Source of the DNA: an uncultured Ignavibacteria bacterium
GTDB taxonomy: Bacteria; Bacteroidota; Ignavibacteria; Ch128b
DNA: 64,000 nucleotides
Reading direction: 5' to 3'
Assembly: GCA_937944105.1 (NCBI GenBank)
Contig: CALDZP010000007.1
Coordinates: 69,423 to 133,422, forward strand
The notes beneath the pieces are model-generated. The model saw only the letters and a list, made by a program, of their open reading frames with translations, searched no databases and was not told where the DNA came from. Below are positions 1 through 9,843 of the stretch, in pieces. The stretch's first letter is position 1. Every line of letters begins with the position of its first letter. The translations under genes were made by a program, and so were the position numbers.

Positions 1-785
1 AAAGGAATATATTTTAAAAAGTTTTCAATTTGCACAACTGCATTTTGGCCGGTAGTAGCATCAATAACAAGGAAAATTTCATCAGGTTTTTTGTTTAATT
101 TTTTCTCAATTATTCTAATAATTTTATTTAATTCATTCATCAAATCGGTTTTTGTGTGTAATCTTCCAGCAGTATCTATTAAAACCACATCGAGATGGTT
201 TTTAATAGCTTTATCAAGAGCTTCGTAAACAATAGCACCAGGGTCTTTAGTGTTTTTATTTTCGATTATTTCAACCGAAGCTCTTTTAGCCCATACTGTC
301 AATTGTTCATTTGCGGCAGCCCGAAATGTATCTGCTGCTGCAATCAATACGTGGTAATTATTCTCCTTAAAATTATATGCTATCTTTCCAAGCGATGTTG
401 TTTTACCCGTCCCATTAACTCCAACTATTACAATAATTTTTGGTCTATTTTCATCAAGAATTTTAAAGTTATTATAGTCAAAACAAGAATTATGCCTTTC
501 CCCTTTTTCTAGAATTAAAAGCAGTTCATGTTTAACAAGATTAATAACTTCTTCGTACTTGAATTCTAAATTTACTTTAATATTTTCTTTTAACTTTTGT
601 ATGATCAATTCAGTTATATCATATCCTATATCTGAGAGATATAAAATTTCTCTGATTTCTTCTAGAACAGTATCATCTAACTTGGTTTTTCCTTTTAATA
701 AAATGTTTAATCTACCAAGCAGATTATCTTTAGTCTTTACAAGTTTATTTTTAAGTTTCTCGAGAGTATTAAATAAATTTTTCAT
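1..785 (-). CDS. ftsY: signal recognition particle receptor FtsY (N-terminal ~260 aa; gene continues past window start)
   Basis: Minus-strand translation gives ...PKIIVIVGVNGTGKTTSLGKIAY...LIDTAGRL...VIDATTGQNAVVQIENF (SRP-GTPase G1/G3/G4 motifs). The ATG at 785-783 overlaps the upstream stop (ATGA). The plus-strand ORFs 195..512 and 559..798 are antisense artefacts. Confidence 0.85.
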   Translation of the reverse strand, partial: MKNLFNTLEKLKNKLVKTKDNLLGRLNILLKGKTKLDDTVLEEIREILYLSDIGYDITELIIQKLKENIKVNLEFKYEEVINLVKHELLLILEKGERHNSCFDYNNFKILDENRPKIIVIVGVNGTGKTTSLGKIAYNFKENNYHVLIAAADTFRAAANEQLTVWAKRASVEIIENKNTKDPGAIVYEALDKAIKNHLDVVLIDTAGRLHTKTDLMNELNKIIRIIEKKLNKKPDEIFLVIDATTGQNAVVQIENFLKYIP

Positions 786-1333
786 TTTATCAGTTTAAAT
801 TGTTTGTAGCCATAATTAATTAAACTTAAAAATATTAAAAATGCGCATAAAATAATACTTAAATCAAAAATAAGTTTCAATCTTTGAAAATTTAATAAAC
901 TTAAAACAGAAATTATACCAATTGCCCCTACCGTCATCTTACCAATAATATCTGATGATGGTACATTATTATAATGTTTTATAAAAATCAATCCAGCAAA
1001 CATTATCAAAATATCTCTAATGATAACAATAAAAATAAACCATGCAGGAAGTAAATTATAATGATACAAGTTAATGGCAAGAGAAATAATAAAAATCTTA
1101 TCCACCAGTGGGTCAATCAATTTTCCAAATTCGGAAATTTGATTTAGTTTTCTAGCTAAAAATCCATCAAGATTATCCAATAATGAAAATAATATTAAAC
1201 AAAATATAATTGCCCATCTATTTTGGTTATTTAATTCCTTAAAAAAAATAAAAATCATTGGAACGAAAATAATTCTAAACAAACTTACAAGATTTGGAAT
1301 TCTTTTCCAGTCTTTAATATTAATTTTTACCAT
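782..1333 (-). CDS. CDP-alcohol phosphatidyltransferase family protein (PgsA-like)
   Basis: Carries the CDP-OH phosphatidyltransferase signature D-G-x2-AR...G-x3-D-x3-D (DNLDGFLARK...GKLIDPLVDK). Multi-pass hydrophobic. Overlaps purF by 1 nt. Confidence 0.8.
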   Translation of the reverse strand: MVKINIKDWKRIPNLVSLFRIIFVPMIFIFFKELNNQNRWAIIFCLILFSLLDNLDGFLARKLNQISEFGKLIDPLVDKIFIISLAINLYHYNLLPAWFIFIVIIRDILIMFAGLIFIKHYNNVPSSDIIGKMTVGAIGIISVLSLLNFQRLKLIFDLSIILCAFLIFLSLINYGYKQFKLIK

Positions 1334-2817
1334 TATTCTTCATTAATATTTTTCTTAATATCTTCAGGTATTTCTATTGGATACTTTCCTGAAAAACAAG
1401 CTGTACAATAATATTTTTCATCTTTTTCGGGAGTACAACTAATCATACCATCATAAGATAAATACTTTAATGAATCAACTTCCAGTTCTTTTTCAATTTG
1501 CTCTATATTACCAGAAAATTTATTTGCGATTAATTCTTCCGATGTCGGAAAATCCATTCCGTAAAAACACGGATATTTAATCGGTGGTGAAGCAATTCTT
1601 AAATGAATCATTTTTGGATTAGCTTCTCTAATTAAATTTACCAATTGTTTTGATGTTGTTCCTCTGACGATTGAATCATCGACTAAAACAATATCTCGAT
1701 TTTGGAGTACTCCTTTTACTGTATTAAACTTAATTTTAACTCCCAATTTTCTTTTATCGATTTCTGGCTGAATAAATGTCCGACCAATATAATGACTTCT
1801 TATTAGACCAATTTCAAATTTTGAATTAATATTCATTTTTCTTAGTTGATCTTGGTATCCTATTGCAATGGTATTTGAAGAATCTGGTACACTCATTACA
1901 GCAACTTTTTTATCTGATGATGAGTCAACGGGGTATTCTTCAGCTAATTTTTTTCCCAGCTGTCTTCTTACTTTATCAACATTTTGATTAAAAATAATAC
2001 TATCAGGGCGAGAAAAATAAATAAATTCAAATATGCATTTCTTAGGGAATTCTGGTATGTTGTTTAAGAATTTACTTTCAATTATCTCTGAGTTATTTTC
2101 CATAAATTTAATTACAAGAATTTCACCTCTATTAATTTCACGGATATATTTTGCATTTATTAAATCAAATGCACATGTTTCTGAAGCAATTACATATGAA
2201 TTGTCTAATATTCCTAATGACAAAGGTCTAATGCCATATGGATCTCTGCAAGCATAAATGTAATTGTCAGTTAATATCAAAAGAGAATAAGCCCCTTCTA
2301 TTTGTTCCAAGGCATCAACAATTTGATCAATTTGATTCTTCTTTTGACTTCTTGATATTAAATGCAAAATTATCTCTGTATCACTGGTAGTCTGAAATAT
2401 TGCTCCTTCGTTTATTAATTTTTTTCTAAGTATGTGAGCATTAGTCAAATTACCATTATGAGAAATAGCAATGTTGCCATCTCGATATTTTACAATAAAT
2501 GGTTGAACATTAAAAAAACTATTTGAACCTGAAGTTGAATATCGGTTATGTCCAATAGCAGCATTTCCTTTCAAATCCTCAATAAAAATTTTTTCATTAT
2601 CAAAGATTTCGGAAACCAAGCCCAGTCCTTTTTTTGAAAAAAAATAAATCTTTTTATTCTGAGAATCTTGATATCTCGTAACTATTCCAGCTGCTTCTTG
2701 ACCGCGGTGCTGCTGAGCAAGTAATCCATAATAGCTCATTAAAGATGCGGATGGATAACCAGCAATTCCAAAAACTCCACAGTTACTTTTGGGTTTGTCA
2801 AATTCTGAATAGTCCAT
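1333..2817 (-). CDS. purF: amidophosphoribosyltransferase
   Basis: Ntn Cys after a short propeptide (MDYSEFDKPKSN|CGVFGI). PRTase motif VLVDDSIVRGTT. C-terminal Cys cluster CTACFSGKYP for the 4Fe-4S centre. Confidence 0.93.
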   Translation of the reverse strand: MDYSEFDKPKSNCGVFGIAGYPSASLMSYYGLLAQQHRGQEAAGIVTRYQDSQNKKIYFFSKKGLGLVSEIFDNEKIFIEDLKGNAAIGHNRYSTSGSNSFFNVQPFIVKYRDGNIAISHNGNLTNAHILRKKLINEGAIFQTTSDTEIILHLISRSQKKNQIDQIVDALEQIEGAYSLLILTDNYIYACRDPYGIRPLSLGILDNSYVIASETCAFDLINAKYIREINRGEILVIKFMENNSEIIESKFLNNIPEFPKKCIFEFIYFSRPDSIIFNQNVDKVRRQLGKKLAEEYPVDSSSDKKVAVMSVPDSSNTIAIGYQDQLRKMNINSKFEIGLIRSHYIGRTFIQPEIDKRKLGVKIKFNTVKGVLQNRDIVLVDDSIVRGTTSKQLVNLIREANPKMIHLRIASPPIKYPCFYGMDFPTSEELIANKFSGNIEQIEKELEVDSLKYLSYDGMISCTPEKDEKYYCTACFSGKYPIEIPEDIKKNINEE

Positions 2818-2845
2818 TAGGGTTTAATGAAATGTGAGTTAGAAT

Positions 2846-2923
2846 TGGTCGGAACGGCGGGATTTGAACCCGCGACCCCCACTACCCCAAAGTGGTGCGC
2901 TAGCCGGGCTGCGCCACGTTCCG
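2846..2923 (-). tRNA. tRNA-Pro (anticodon TGG)
   Basis: Reverse complement reads CGGAACGTGGCGCAGCCCGGCTAGCGCACCACTTTGGGGTAGTGGGGGTCGCGGGTTCAAATCCCGCCGTTCCGACCA. It has a 7-bp acceptor stem, a GGTTCAAATCC T-loop, anticodon loop TTTGGGG and an encoded CCA. Confidence 0.9.
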
Positions 2924-2931
2924 ATTTTTTT

Positions 2932-3333
2932 TCATAATTTAATATATATATCTTGTAAAAGCTCTTTAATATCACGTAAATCTTTCAATAAATTCTGATT
3001 ATCAATCTTCACCTTGTTATCTTTCACTTCATCCTTTTCTTGAGTTTCATTATTTTCAGATATTTCAATTGAAAATTCTTCATTGGGGTTATATGACTGA
3101 AGAACTTTCTTAGCTCCGTCAATTGTGTATTTTTCTTCTCTTAATAATTTCTTAAGAAACAATATAAGCTGTATGTCCTTATTTGTATAGATGCGATTAC
3201 CAGCTCTATTCTTTTGAGGTTTTAATTGTTCAAACTCATTTTCCCAGTATCGTAATACATATTGCTCCAAACCAGTTATTTTACTCACTTCACTTATTGA
3301 ATAATATAATTTCTTAATTGAGAGATCTTTCAT
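2932..3333 (-). CDS. MerR-family transcriptional regulator
   Basis: The N-terminal HTH YSISEVSKITGLEQYVLRYWENEF is typical of MerR-type regulators. The C-terminal part is charged and coiled-coil-like. Confidence 0.7.
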   Translation of the reverse strand: MKDLSIKKLYYSISEVSKITGLEQYVLRYWENEFEQLKPQKNRAGNRIYTNKDIQLILFLKKLLREEKYTIDGAKKVLQSYNPNEEFSIEISENNETQEKDEVKDNKVKIDNQNLLKDLRDIKELLQDIYIKL

Positions 3334-3412
3334 TTTCTTAATTACACTTACATTTCAAATATATAAAATATGATAAAATTAAAAAAGTCACTTAAAGTAA
3401 GATATTAAGATA

Positions 3413-4099
3413 TCAAGTTAAGTTATTTTCTTTTTTCACAATATCAATAAGTTCAGAAATATCATTTAGCTCATAATCAGCGTTTGGATTCTGAGTATTA
3501 AAGGTATCGCCATATCTTGCAAAAGCAGTTTTCATGCCTACCTGAGATGCTCCAACTATATCTCTTTCAGCCCAATCACCTACCATGATTGCTTCTTGGG
3601 GCTGTACATTTAATGTTTCAAGAATCTTTTTGAATGGAACTGGACTTGGTTTTCTTTCAAGTGTATCTTCAAAAGTAACTATTGCATCAAATAGATATTG
3701 AAAATTTAGACTAGATAATCGCAACCAAGCTTCGAGGGCTGGTGCATCAGAAACAATTCCTAATTTAAGTCCAAGTTTTATTAATTTTATTAATGTTGGA
3801 TAAACATTAGGATATGGAACAAGAGATGCTTCCCGTGCTCTACGGTAAGCTACAATTGCAGCAGACAAAATCTTGTGATCTACTCTTCCTATTGCTTTAT
3901 TTAACAATTCATCAAAAACTTTTTGATATTCAATCCCTTTTTCTTGATAAATTTCATCAATCAATAGTTTTATTTTTTCTGGCGGTAATTTTAAGCCTGC
4001 ATCAATCATAGCAGGAATTGCTGCTTCAATAGCTCTTCGTTTCATTAACATAAAATCAACTAAAGTGTTATCTAAATCAAAAACTATTGCTTTTATCAT
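3413..4099 (-). CDS. HAD-superfamily hydrolase
   Basis: HAD motif I at the N-terminus (IVFDLDNTLVDF) and motif IV region (MVGDWAERDIVGA). Confidence 0.85.
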   Translation of the reverse strand: MIKAIVFDLDNTLVDFMLMKRRAIEAAIPAMIDAGLKLPPEKIKLLIDEIYQEKGIEYQKVFDELLNKAIGRVDHKILSAAIVAYRRAREASLVPYPNVYPTLIKLIKLGLKLGIVSDAPALEAWLRLSSLNFQYLFDAIVTFEDTLERKPSPVPFKKILETLNVQPQEAIMVGDWAERDIVGASQVGMKTAFARYGDTFNTQNPNADYELNDISELIDIVKKENNLT

Positions 4100-4362
4100 A
4101 TTATGTTATTCTCAATTATATTTCTGATTTTTGGATTGATATATATATCATCGATACCTATTTCTTTTAAAGCTTCAATCAAAATCATCAACTTCCTTTG
4201 AGTTTGTGCAAGCTTGTTAATTACTATTACTTTCTCAGCTTTCAAGATACAATAACCACCATTAAAATCTCCCTTTTCAAATCTGACTTTAATTCCTTTT
4301 TTCAGCGCAACTTCTTTTAACTCATCAATTAAATGTTGATATTCTTTTTCTATTGCTTTCAT
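4096..4362 (-). CDS. hypothetical protein (88 aa)
   Basis: Open frame with 4-bp overlaps to both neighbours (translationally coupled). No motif recognised. Confidence 0.5.
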   Translation of the reverse strand: MKAIEKEYQHLIDELKEVALKKGIKVRFEKGDFNGGYCILKAEKVIVINKLAQTQRKLMILIEALKEIGIDDIYINPKIRNIIENNII

Positions 4363-4877
4363 GAGTCATTTCTTCGTAATGGTTGAAATATTGCAAAATA
4401 GATTGATGTGAAATAACACAACGAACCAATTAGAGGAAGACCACCTAAGGCTGCAATACGTTGAATTAAAAGACTTAAAGCTAAATTAGTGTCAAAATCA
4501 AAAAAAAGCACCATGTAAGTAAAATTAATATCAAGATAAATTAAATATGATTCAACTGGAAAAAATAAAATTAAAATCATCATAATCATGAATAACCAGC
4601 CTTCTTTTTTAAGGATTACTTTTGAACTTTTTAAGAATAGAAAAAATGTGACCAAAACAATTGGATAGCTTATTAAAATATACACATTAATGTTTCCGAT
4701 TAATTTTAAAGTTTGTCTCAATATATCATAAGAAATGTCACTTTTTACTATTAGAGAAAATGGTTCAAAGAGTGTATAAGCAATTATAGCTCTATATATT
4801 GTGCCTCCAAGCCAGAATATAGTCGATAGAATTAATATAAAAAGTAATAATTTTGTGTGTACTTTGTTTAGTTCCAT
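4359..4877 (-). CDS. hypothetical integral membrane protein (172 aa)
   Basis: Several hydrophobic helices. It is the first gene of a three-gene coupled cassette ahead of the HAD hydrolase. Confidence 0.55.
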   Translation of the reverse strand: MELNKVHTKLLLFILILSTIFWLGGTIYRAIIAYTLFEPFSLIVKSDISYDILRQTLKLIGNINVYILISYPIVLVTFFLFLKSSKVILKKEGWLFMIMMILILFFPVESYLIYLDINFTYMVLFFDFDTNLALSLLIQRIAALGGLPLIGSLCYFTSIYFAIFQPLRRNDS

Positions 4878-4931
4878 TTTTAATGCAAGTTAATATGAGT
4901 AAAAATTTTAATCAAGAAACTTATTATATAA

Positions 4932-5903
4932 ATGCAAATTGCTAGTATTGACATTGGTACAAATACTATCCTTTTGTTGATAGCTAAAATAAAAAATTCA
5001 GAATTAGAAGTTACTAAAGAGGAAATCAGAATCCCAAGAATCGGTAAAGATGTAGCAAAACTCAAATATATTACAGACGAATCCGCAAGAAAATTAATAG
5101 CTGTCTTATCTGAATATAAAAATATTTGTAGAAGTTTCGGAGTAGAAAAAATAATTTGTTATGGGACTGCTCCTTTTAGAATTGCCAGAAACTCCAATCA
5201 AGTTATAGATGCAGTTTATGAAAAAACTGGAATTCAAATCAAAATTTTATCATCCAAAGATGAAGCACTAGTAACTTTTATCGGTGGAATTAGCAACTTT
5301 AATGAATTTTTTGAAAAATATAATTTTGTTGTGTTTGATATAGGTGGCGGAAGCACTGAATTAACATATGGTAATATAAATAAAATTTTGTTTTCTAAAA
5401 GTTATGACATTGGTGCTGTTACTCTTAAGGAAAGTTTCTTTAACTCATTCCCCTATTCTATTACTTTAAACAGAGTTTATGAACATTTGAGCAAAATTTT
5501 CGTTGATAAGTTTTTCTTTAGAAATTTCATAACAATAGCTGTTGATGGCACTCCAACCACAATTGCTTCAATTAAATTAAATCAAAAGATATATGATGAG
5601 AGAGAAGTTGACAAAATTCAAATTTCAAAAGATTTTTTAGAATCATTAGTTGATGAATTTTATTTTATTTCTCCAACAAATATCTTAAAAAAATTTCCTT
5701 CTGTTATTAAAGGAAGAGAGGATGTTATTTTAACTGGATCAATAATTCTAAACTATCTACTTGAAAGTTTACAAGTAAAAAATTTTTTTGTTTCTGTAAG
5801 GGGAATTAGATATGGAATAATAATAAGAGAAATGATGAATCAAACGAGAGGATTCTGGACTAAAGTAGGTCTTAAGAAATTCTTATCATCCTTGAAGGGA
5901 TAA
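4932..5903 (+). CDS. Ppx/GppA-family phosphatase (exopolyphosphatase / guanosine pentaphosphate phosphohydrolase)
   Basis: N-terminal ASKHA motif ASIDIGTNTILLLIA, followed by DIGGGSTEL. Its 3' end overlaps the convergent nadB by 64 bp. Confidence 0.8.
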   Translation: MQIASIDIGTNTILLLIAKIKNSELEVTKEEIRIPRIGKDVAKLKYITDESARKLIAVLSEYKNICRSFGVEKIICYGTAPFRIARNSNQVIDAVYEKTGIQIKILSSKDEALVTFIGGISNFNEFFEKYNFVVFDIGGGSTELTYGNINKILFSKSYDIGAVTLKESFFNSFPYSITLNRVYEHLSKIFVDKFFFRNFITIAVDGTPTTIASIKLNQKIYDEREVDKIQISKDFLESLVDEFYFISPTNILKKFPSVIKGREDVILTGSIILNYLLESLQVKNFFVSVRGIRYGIIIREMMNQTRGFWTKVGLKKFLSSLKG

Positions 5904-7471
5904 TCAATATTGTAATGCAAACCTCTTGATTCTTTTCTTAGACTAGCAGAATAAGTAATCAAATAAGCCACTTCGATTAAATTTCTAAGCTCCAGAATTT
6001 CTTCTGAGATTCGAGATTCATTGTACATGTATTTAACTTCTTCATAGATTAATTGACATCTTCTTAAAGCTCGGCGCAATCTTTCATTAGAACGAACTAT
6101 TCCAACATAGTCCCACAAAATTTCTCTAATTTCATGTCTGCTCTGTGATATTAAAATTTTTTCTTCCGATGAAAGGCGGCTTGTATCGATCCAATCGGGA
6201 ATTGATTCTGGTATATTAAAAAGTTTATTTTCAATAATTTGCTTACACGCTATGGCAGCCTTTTTAGAAAAAACCAGTGCTTCTAATAATGAATTACTTG
6301 CCAGACGATTTGCACCATGTACACCCGTCATTGCAACTTCGCCAGTTGCAAATAAATTTTCAATAGAAGTTTTGCCATTTAAATCAGTTACAACACCACC
6401 ACAAGCATAATGAGCAGCTGGTATAACCGGGATAAGATCTTTTGTAATATCAATATTTTTCTCAAGGCATTTTCTATAAATGTTTGGAAATTTTTCTTTT
6501 ATTTCATCCGGGTTTTTAAAAGTTAAATCGAGATAAACATAATTATCACCACTTTTTTTCAATTCACTATCAATTGCTCTGGCTACTATATCTCTTGGGG
6601 CTAATTCCCCTCTGGGATCATATTTATGCATAAACTCTTCGCCAGATTTTAATCTCAATTTAGCTCCAAAACCTCTAACAGCTTCACTTATAAGAAAAGC
6701 TGGATTGGTTGATCGATTTTCAGAATCTGATTCATATAGAGCAGTAGGATGAAATTGAACAAATTCCATATTACCAATTATTGCCCCAGCACGATAAGCC
6801 ATTGCAAAACCATCACCAGTAGCAATTGGAGGATTAGTTGTGTGCAAATATGCTTGACCTAAGCCACCAGTGGCTAATAAAGTTATTTTTGATATAAAAG
6901 TGTGAACCTCTTCTCTTTGAATATCAAAAACATATGCACCCCAACAATGAATTTTTTCTTCTTTTGATAATCGTTTTTTACCAATGTGATGTTCTGTTAT
7001 TAAATCAATTGCAAAATGATTTTCTAAAAGATGTATATTTTCAATTTCACTAATTTTTTTTAACAAAGCCCTTTCAATTTCGTAACCAGTTAAATCTTTT
7101 GCATGGACGATTCTGCTACGAGAGTGACCACCTTCTTTTGCAAGATCAAGTTTACCATTTGGTGTAGTTGAAAATTGAGTTCCGATTTCAATTAATTTTT
7201 GTATTTCATCAGGACCTTCTTTGACAATTAATTCAACTGCCTCTTTATTACATAATCCATCTCCAGCTATCAAAGTATCTTTAATATGCAAATCGAAATT
7301 ATCATCAGAAGAAAAAACCGAAGCAATGCCTCCTTGAGCGTAATTGGTATTTGACTCAGCTTTATCTTTTTTAGTTACAATATAAACTTCAGCGAACTTT
7401 GAGACTTCAATTGCGAATCTCAAACCAGCTATTCCACTTCCAATTATTAAGACATCCGTTTCTACTCTCAT
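5840..7471 (-). CDS. nadB: L-aspartate oxidase
   Basis: FAD-binding N-terminus VLIIGSGIAGL. Contains RSRIVHAKDLTG, and HYACGG/EVAMTGVHGANRLASNSLLE is typical of NadB and the succinate dehydrogenase flavoprotein family. Length 543 aa. Confidence 0.9.
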   Translation of the reverse strand: MRVETDVLIIGSGIAGLRFAIEVSKFAEVYIVTKKDKAESNTNYAQGGIASVFSSDDNFDLHIKDTLIAGDGLCNKEAVELIVKEGPDEIQKLIEIGTQFSTTPNGKLDLAKEGGHSRSRIVHAKDLTGYEIERALLKKISEIENIHLLENHFAIDLITEHHIGKKRLSKEEKIHCWGAYVFDIQREEVHTFISKITLLATGGLGQAYLHTTNPPIATGDGFAMAYRAGAIIGNMEFVQFHPTALYESDSENRSTNPAFLISEAVRGFGAKLRLKSGEEFMHKYDPRGELAPRDIVARAIDSELKKSGDNYVYLDLTFKNPDEIKEKFPNIYRKCLEKNIDITKDLIPVIPAAHYACGGVVTDLNGKTSIENLFATGEVAMTGVHGANRLASNSLLEALVFSKKAAIACKQIIENKLFNIPESIPDWIDTSRLSSEEKILISQSRHEIREILWDYVGIVRSNERLRRALRRCQLIYEEVKYMYNESRISEEILELRNLIEVAYLITYSASLRKESRGLHYNIDYPFKDDKNFLRPTLVQNPLV

Positions 7472-7473
7472 AA

Positions 7474-8112
7474 TTAAATCAAATATTTTAAGATTATAAA
7501 ACTTACGATTAATAAAATCATAAAAGCGATTGATAATTTGTCAAGATATTTATCAATAAAAGATTTTACACTAGGACCAATAAAATAAATTAATGTCCCC
7601 ACAAGAAAAAATCTTCCCGCTCTACCGATAAAAGAAGCAAATGTCAAAGTAAAAAGGTCAATGGTTTTATTAAAACCTGCAAGAATAGTAAAAACTTTAT
7701 AAGGAATTGGTGTAAAACCTGCGGTTACAATAGCTAGAAAACCGTTCTCTTTATATTTTTCAAGGACATAGTTAATCTGATTTTCGACTCCATAGAAATG
7801 AATAATTTTAATCCCAATCGTATCGTAAAATACATAACCGATTAAATAACCCAAGTAAGCTCCTAAAACAGAACCGACTGTACAAATTGAAGCGTAATAA
7901 AAACTTCTTTTAGGATAACTAATTGCCAGAATTATTAATAATGCATCAGGTGGAATTGGAAAAAAAGAAGACTCTATGAATGCAAAGAAAAACAAAGCAA
8001 TAGCAGCTGAAGGTTTATGAGCAAAACTTTCAACCCAGTTTTTCATTGATGTTAGAAATTTTTTAAATGAAGAATATAGAGCTATGAATGATTTAATCAT
8101 CTTTATCCACAT
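7474..8112 (-). CDS. DedA/YqaA-family membrane protein (VTT domain)
   Basis: FIESSFFPIPPDALLI...GSVLGAYLGYLIG is characteristic of the DedA/SNARE-associated family. Confidence 0.7.
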   Translation of the reverse strand: MWIKMIKSFIALYSSFKKFLTSMKNWVESFAHKPSAAIALFFFAFIESSFFPIPPDALLIILAISYPKRSFYYASICTVGSVLGAYLGYLIGYVFYDTIGIKIIHFYGVENQINYVLEKYKENGFLAIVTAGFTPIPYKVFTILAGFNKTIDLFTLTFASFIGRAGRFFLVGTLIYFIGPSVKSFIDKYLDKLSIAFMILLIVSFIILKYLI

Positions 8113-8134
8113 TTAATGATTGATGACGAGAAAT

Positions 8135-9136
8135 TTAAGGGTTAATAAATGAAGGTAGGTTAATATCCTTCATTGTTATTAATCCATATCTAGCATGTAA
8201 AAGATTTGGTATTACATTTACCATCATTGCTACGGTTGCAGTATCCCCAAATATTCCATTTTCAATTTTCATTTTAAATGAAGGATTTCCATTTATTATT
8301 ATTTCGTCTAAACCTTCTTTAATGTTAGCTTTCATCTCTAAAATTAATTCAACTAATTTTTGTTTTTTATTTTTACCAATGACAGTATGCCTGATACCAA
8401 CTACATTTCCTTTATTAATATTAAAATATTTTGTCTTGTAATTTTTATCTGCTATAATTGGTTCAACTTTTTCATCAAATTTTTCAATATTAAATTTTAA
8501 TGTGTGGGCAACAAATTGAGCGGATTCGAGCAAACCTACATGCCCAATCTTCTTTTCCTTTGCTAATTTTTGAAATTCTAATTTTGACAGACCTAAACCT
8601 ACTTTTTGCTGAAGGGCTTTTCTTCTTTTGTTTAAGTCAACGATTCTTTGAACTTTTATAGATTTTAACTCACTGCAAACACTTGTTAAAAACAATGGCA
8701 AAGAATCCATAACAAAACCTGGATTAACTCCTGTCCCTAACACATGCACAAAATATTCTTTAGCTTTCTGATCAATTTCTTCAGCTAATTTTAGATTTTT
8801 TTCAAACGGGAATAACAATTCTTCGCAACTTGAGATAACACTTGTATGATGTTCAATGCACATAAATATATCATTAACAATTTCATTTAAATGACTCTTT
8901 GATGTTAAAATTGTTACTTCAGGTTCATATTCCTTTAATGCGGTTTTTAAATTATTCAGAACTTTGATTCCAAGTTTTTGTTGTTTTAGTAATTCGCCTA
9001 AATCTTTATCGGCTTTTGAGGGATCAATATCTACAACAGCAAGTAATTCAAATGATTTTTTTTGAAGGATTAGTTTACAGGTTTCAAGTCCAATTTGACC
9101 CAGACCAACGACTACTATTTTAATTTTTGCAGACAT
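8135..9136 (-). CDS. NAD(P)-binding amine dehydrogenase, DapB-N-like fold (Ddh/Ord-like)
   Basis: N-terminal Rossmann KIKIVVVGLGQIGLE. Size (333 aa) and layout resemble meso-DAP dehydrogenase and 2,4-diaminopentanoate dehydrogenase. The exact function was not resolved. Confidence 0.45.
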   Translation of the reverse strand: MSAKIKIVVVGLGQIGLETCKLILQKKSFELLAVVDIDPSKADKDLGELLKQQKLGIKVLNNLKTALKEYEPEVTILTSKSHLNEIVNDIFMCIEHHTSVISSCEELLFPFEKNLKLAEEIDQKAKEYFVHVLGTGVNPGFVMDSLPLFLTSVCSELKSIKVQRIVDLNKRRKALQQKVGLGLSKLEFQKLAKEKKIGHVGLLESAQFVAHTLKFNIEKFDEKVEPIIADKNYKTKYFNINKGNVVGIRHTVIGKNKKQKLVELILEMKANIKEGLDEIIINGNPSFKMKIENGIFGDTATVAMMVNVIPNLLHARYGLITMKDINLPSFINP

Positions 9137-9138
9137 TT

Positions 9139-9843
9139 TTAATTTAACCCTATAATTGTTCTGAAAAATTCATTGCTAAAAAATAATAAAATAAAAATAG
9201 AACCTGTAATGATTAATGATGTGCTTTTTTTATGCAATATAAAAACCTGAAAAATAAATGTCAGGTAGAAAGTATACATTAGAATTATTACCTCAAGCAA
9301 ACTAATCATAATTGCCTTCCCTGAATCTATACTAAATATTGAAGGGTTGTTGGAAAAAACATACATCCCAAATAACATAAACTCTAAAGGGAATAGAATT
9401 AATAAAGAGATAGCAAAGTAAAGAAATGGATAGATAATTATGGAATGAACACTTCTGAAACTCATTTTTACTTTAAATAAAAACTGAAATAAAAATTTAT
9501 AGCAAAAGCTGAGAGAAAAAAGAAAGAATAACCAATAAGCTAAAAGTTTAAGTAGAAACACAAAATTTTGAAACTCAGGTTCTAAATCTATGAAAGAGAT
9601 ATGAATTAGAGTTAAAACTGACAATTTAAATGAAAGTAAAATTGATAAAACTATTAAATAGTTTTTATGTTCTGCAAAAAGTATTTTCTTTATACCGATA
9701 TCCGGATTAAATAATAAATCTTTTAAGATTTCACCAAGGTTAATGTTAGAAACTTTATCTCTTAAAATGTTGCCACAATTAGTACATTTATATGAAAGGA
9801 TAAAATATTCTAAACCACAAACGGCGCAAGTGTTTTTATTCAT
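9139..9843 (-). CDS. zinc-ribbon-containing membrane protein, hypothetical
   Basis: N-terminal CxxC...CxxC (CAVCG...CTNCG) followed by several TM helices. Its start overlaps the stop of the biotinyl protein by 8 bp. Confidence 0.55.
   Translation of the reverse strand: MNKNTCAVCGLEYFILSYKCTNCGNILRDKVSNINLGEILKDLLFNPDIGIKKILFAEHKNYLIVLSILLSFKLSVLTLIHISFIDLEPEFQNFVFLLKLLAYWLFFLFSLSFCYKFLFQFLFKVKMSFRSVHSIIIYPFLYFAISLLILFPLEFMLFGMYVFSNNPSIFSIDSGKAIMISLLEVIILMYTFYLTFIFQVFILHKKSTSLIITGSIFILLFFSNEFFRTIIGLN

Noticed and set aside
195-798. Plus-strand ORFs 195..512 and 559..798
   Set aside because: They are antisense to the clearly conserved FtsY GTPase reading frame, and their low-complexity translations are typical of shadow ORFs.
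2033-2257. Small plus-strand ORF inside purF
   Set aside because: Antisense shadow ORF within a well-supported gene.
4880-5065. 61-aa minus-strand ORF overlapping the ppx/gppA start
   Set aside because: It overlaps the conserved N-terminal ASKHA motif region of the plus-strand gene. Likely spurious.
8103-8111. Perfect DnaA box TTATCCACA
   Set aside because: It is a single occurrence and lies inside the 5' coding end of the DedA-family gene. A 9-mer is expected by chance about once in a window this size. There is no cluster.
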